Origin: an uncultured Acidobacteriota bacterium
GTDB lineage: Bacteria; Acidobacteriota; UBA6911
Direction of reading: 5' to 3'
NCBI GenBank assembly: GCA_964441405.1
Contig: CAYTYP010000022.1
Location: forward strand, 3,569 to 67,568
DNA: 64,000 nucleotides
Shown piece after piece: positions 63,338 through 64,000 of the stretch (its first letter is position 1; every line of letters starts with the position of its first letter). The notes under the pieces are model-generated. The model saw only the letters and a program-made list of their open reading frames with translations, searched no databases and was not told the origin of the DNA. Both the position numbers and the translations under genes were made by a program.

Positions 63338-64000
63338 TTACTCGCCTCCTTTCACTTTCCATGCGAGATCCGCCTTCGGCACGATCGTGCTGTTGTCCAC
63401 CAATCCGAGGTTGTACCAATGATCGTTCCGCAGGTTGATATCGTAACCATCCGTCTCTTCCTGATCCGGCATGTCGGAAACGAATTTAATCGCCATCATC
63501 GGGCAGGATTCCACGCAAGCTTGCTTGCCGCCGGGGCCTCCCTTTTCATCCCAATAAGGAGTGTCTATGCAAAGATCGCACTTGGAGGATTTCCCTTTGC
63601 CGTCGATGACGACCCAGACGGTCCGGTGCGGCTGCTGAGGACACATTTTGATGCAGGTTTTACAGCCGATGCATTTGGCGCTGTCAATCCTTCGAACGTT
63701 GCCGTTGGCCGCGTCCACGAAGGCGGCGCCCACCGGACAATTCTGAACGCAGACCGGGGCCTTGCATTGACGACAGGGCGCCATTTTTACATCGTTGGGG
63801 AATTTGGCGAATGCGTCTTGAATAATCTGAATGCGCGAGCGCGACAGACTCTGAACTCCATAATGGACCAGCGAGCAGCTGAGCATGCAGGTCGTGCAAC
63901 CGGCGCATTTCTTGCTGTCGTAAACCAGATAGCCTTTGGATGCGGGAATAGGCGTTCCCTCTGCGGCAGGTGCAATTGCGGGCGTTGTGGCGATGATTAC
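63338..64000 (-). CDS. 4x[4Fe-4S] electron-transfer subunit (DmsB/NrfC-like), 5'-truncated by the window end
   Basis: The frame is open to 64000 and carries CAGCTTCMLSC, CRQC...CVQNCP, CIGCKTCIKMCP and KCDLC...CVESCP, preceded by VIIATTPAIAPAA. Confidence 0.9.
   Translation of the reverse strand, partial: VIIATTPAIAPAAEGTPIPASKGYLVYDSKKCAGCTTCMLSCSLVHYGVQSLSRSRIQIIQDAFAKFPNDVKMAPCRQCKAPVCVQNCPVGAAFVDAANGNVRRIDSAKCIGCKTCIKMCPQQPHRTVWVVIDGKGKSSKCDLCIDTPYWDEKGGPGGKQACVESCPMMAIKFVSDMPDQEETDGYDINLRNDHWYNLGLVDNSTIVPKADLAWKVKGGE

Noticed and set aside
1-64000. tRNA, rRNA, riboswitch, integrase or transposase genes
   Set aside because: No T-loop/cloverleaf, rRNA-like stretch or recombinase motif was recognised by eye. 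An Infernal or tRNAscan run would be needed to exclude them formally.

Overview
This is a 64-kb chromosomal window from a bacterium that is probably an Acidobacteriota member, inferred from TIGR03435-type and acidobacterial VWA proteins plus two carboxypeptidase-regulatory-domain/TonB-receptor-like barrels. An AOR-family oxidoreductase and methanofuran genes suggest it is at least facultatively anaerobic. Layout from left to right: (1) 1-1.5 kb, decayed gene fragments; (2) an O-antigen-ligase-like gene and an orphan exported protein; (3) methanofuran-biosynthesis homologues mfnF-mfnE (+) and mfnB (-), separated by a 5.4-kb accessory patch with DUF3024, two intact and one internally deleted AAA_14/DUF4143 ATPases, a TIR-like pseudogene absent from the ORF track, a gloB pseudogene, and several palindromes and direct repeats; (4) core cluster rpmE-DUF1385-prfA-prmC-murA; (5) a Cpx-like periplasmic protein/kinase/regulator module with a GTAAA-N5-GTAAA box; (6) a RelE-type toxin-antitoxin pair; (7) an ECF sigma/anti-sigma (beta-helix fusion)/ABC/HAD operon; (8) aldose epimerase, HD protein, D-2-hydroxyacid dehydrogenase, TonB-like receptor, aqpZ and an MFS transporter; (9) an 11-kb pectin/rhamnogalacturonan CAZyme cluster (GH2, GH106, CE15, CE12, GH28, esterase, DUF4861); (10) uvsE and a transglutaminase-like gene; (11) a barrel-VWA-TIGR03435 triad; (12) a divergent AOR-family oxidoreductase with a polyferredoxin-type partner cut by the window end. 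Many intergenic spaces carry 7-10-mer tandem repeats or REP-like hairpins. I found no rRNA, tRNA, CRISPR array, integrase or transposase. All family assignments come from motif recognition by eye, not from database searches.
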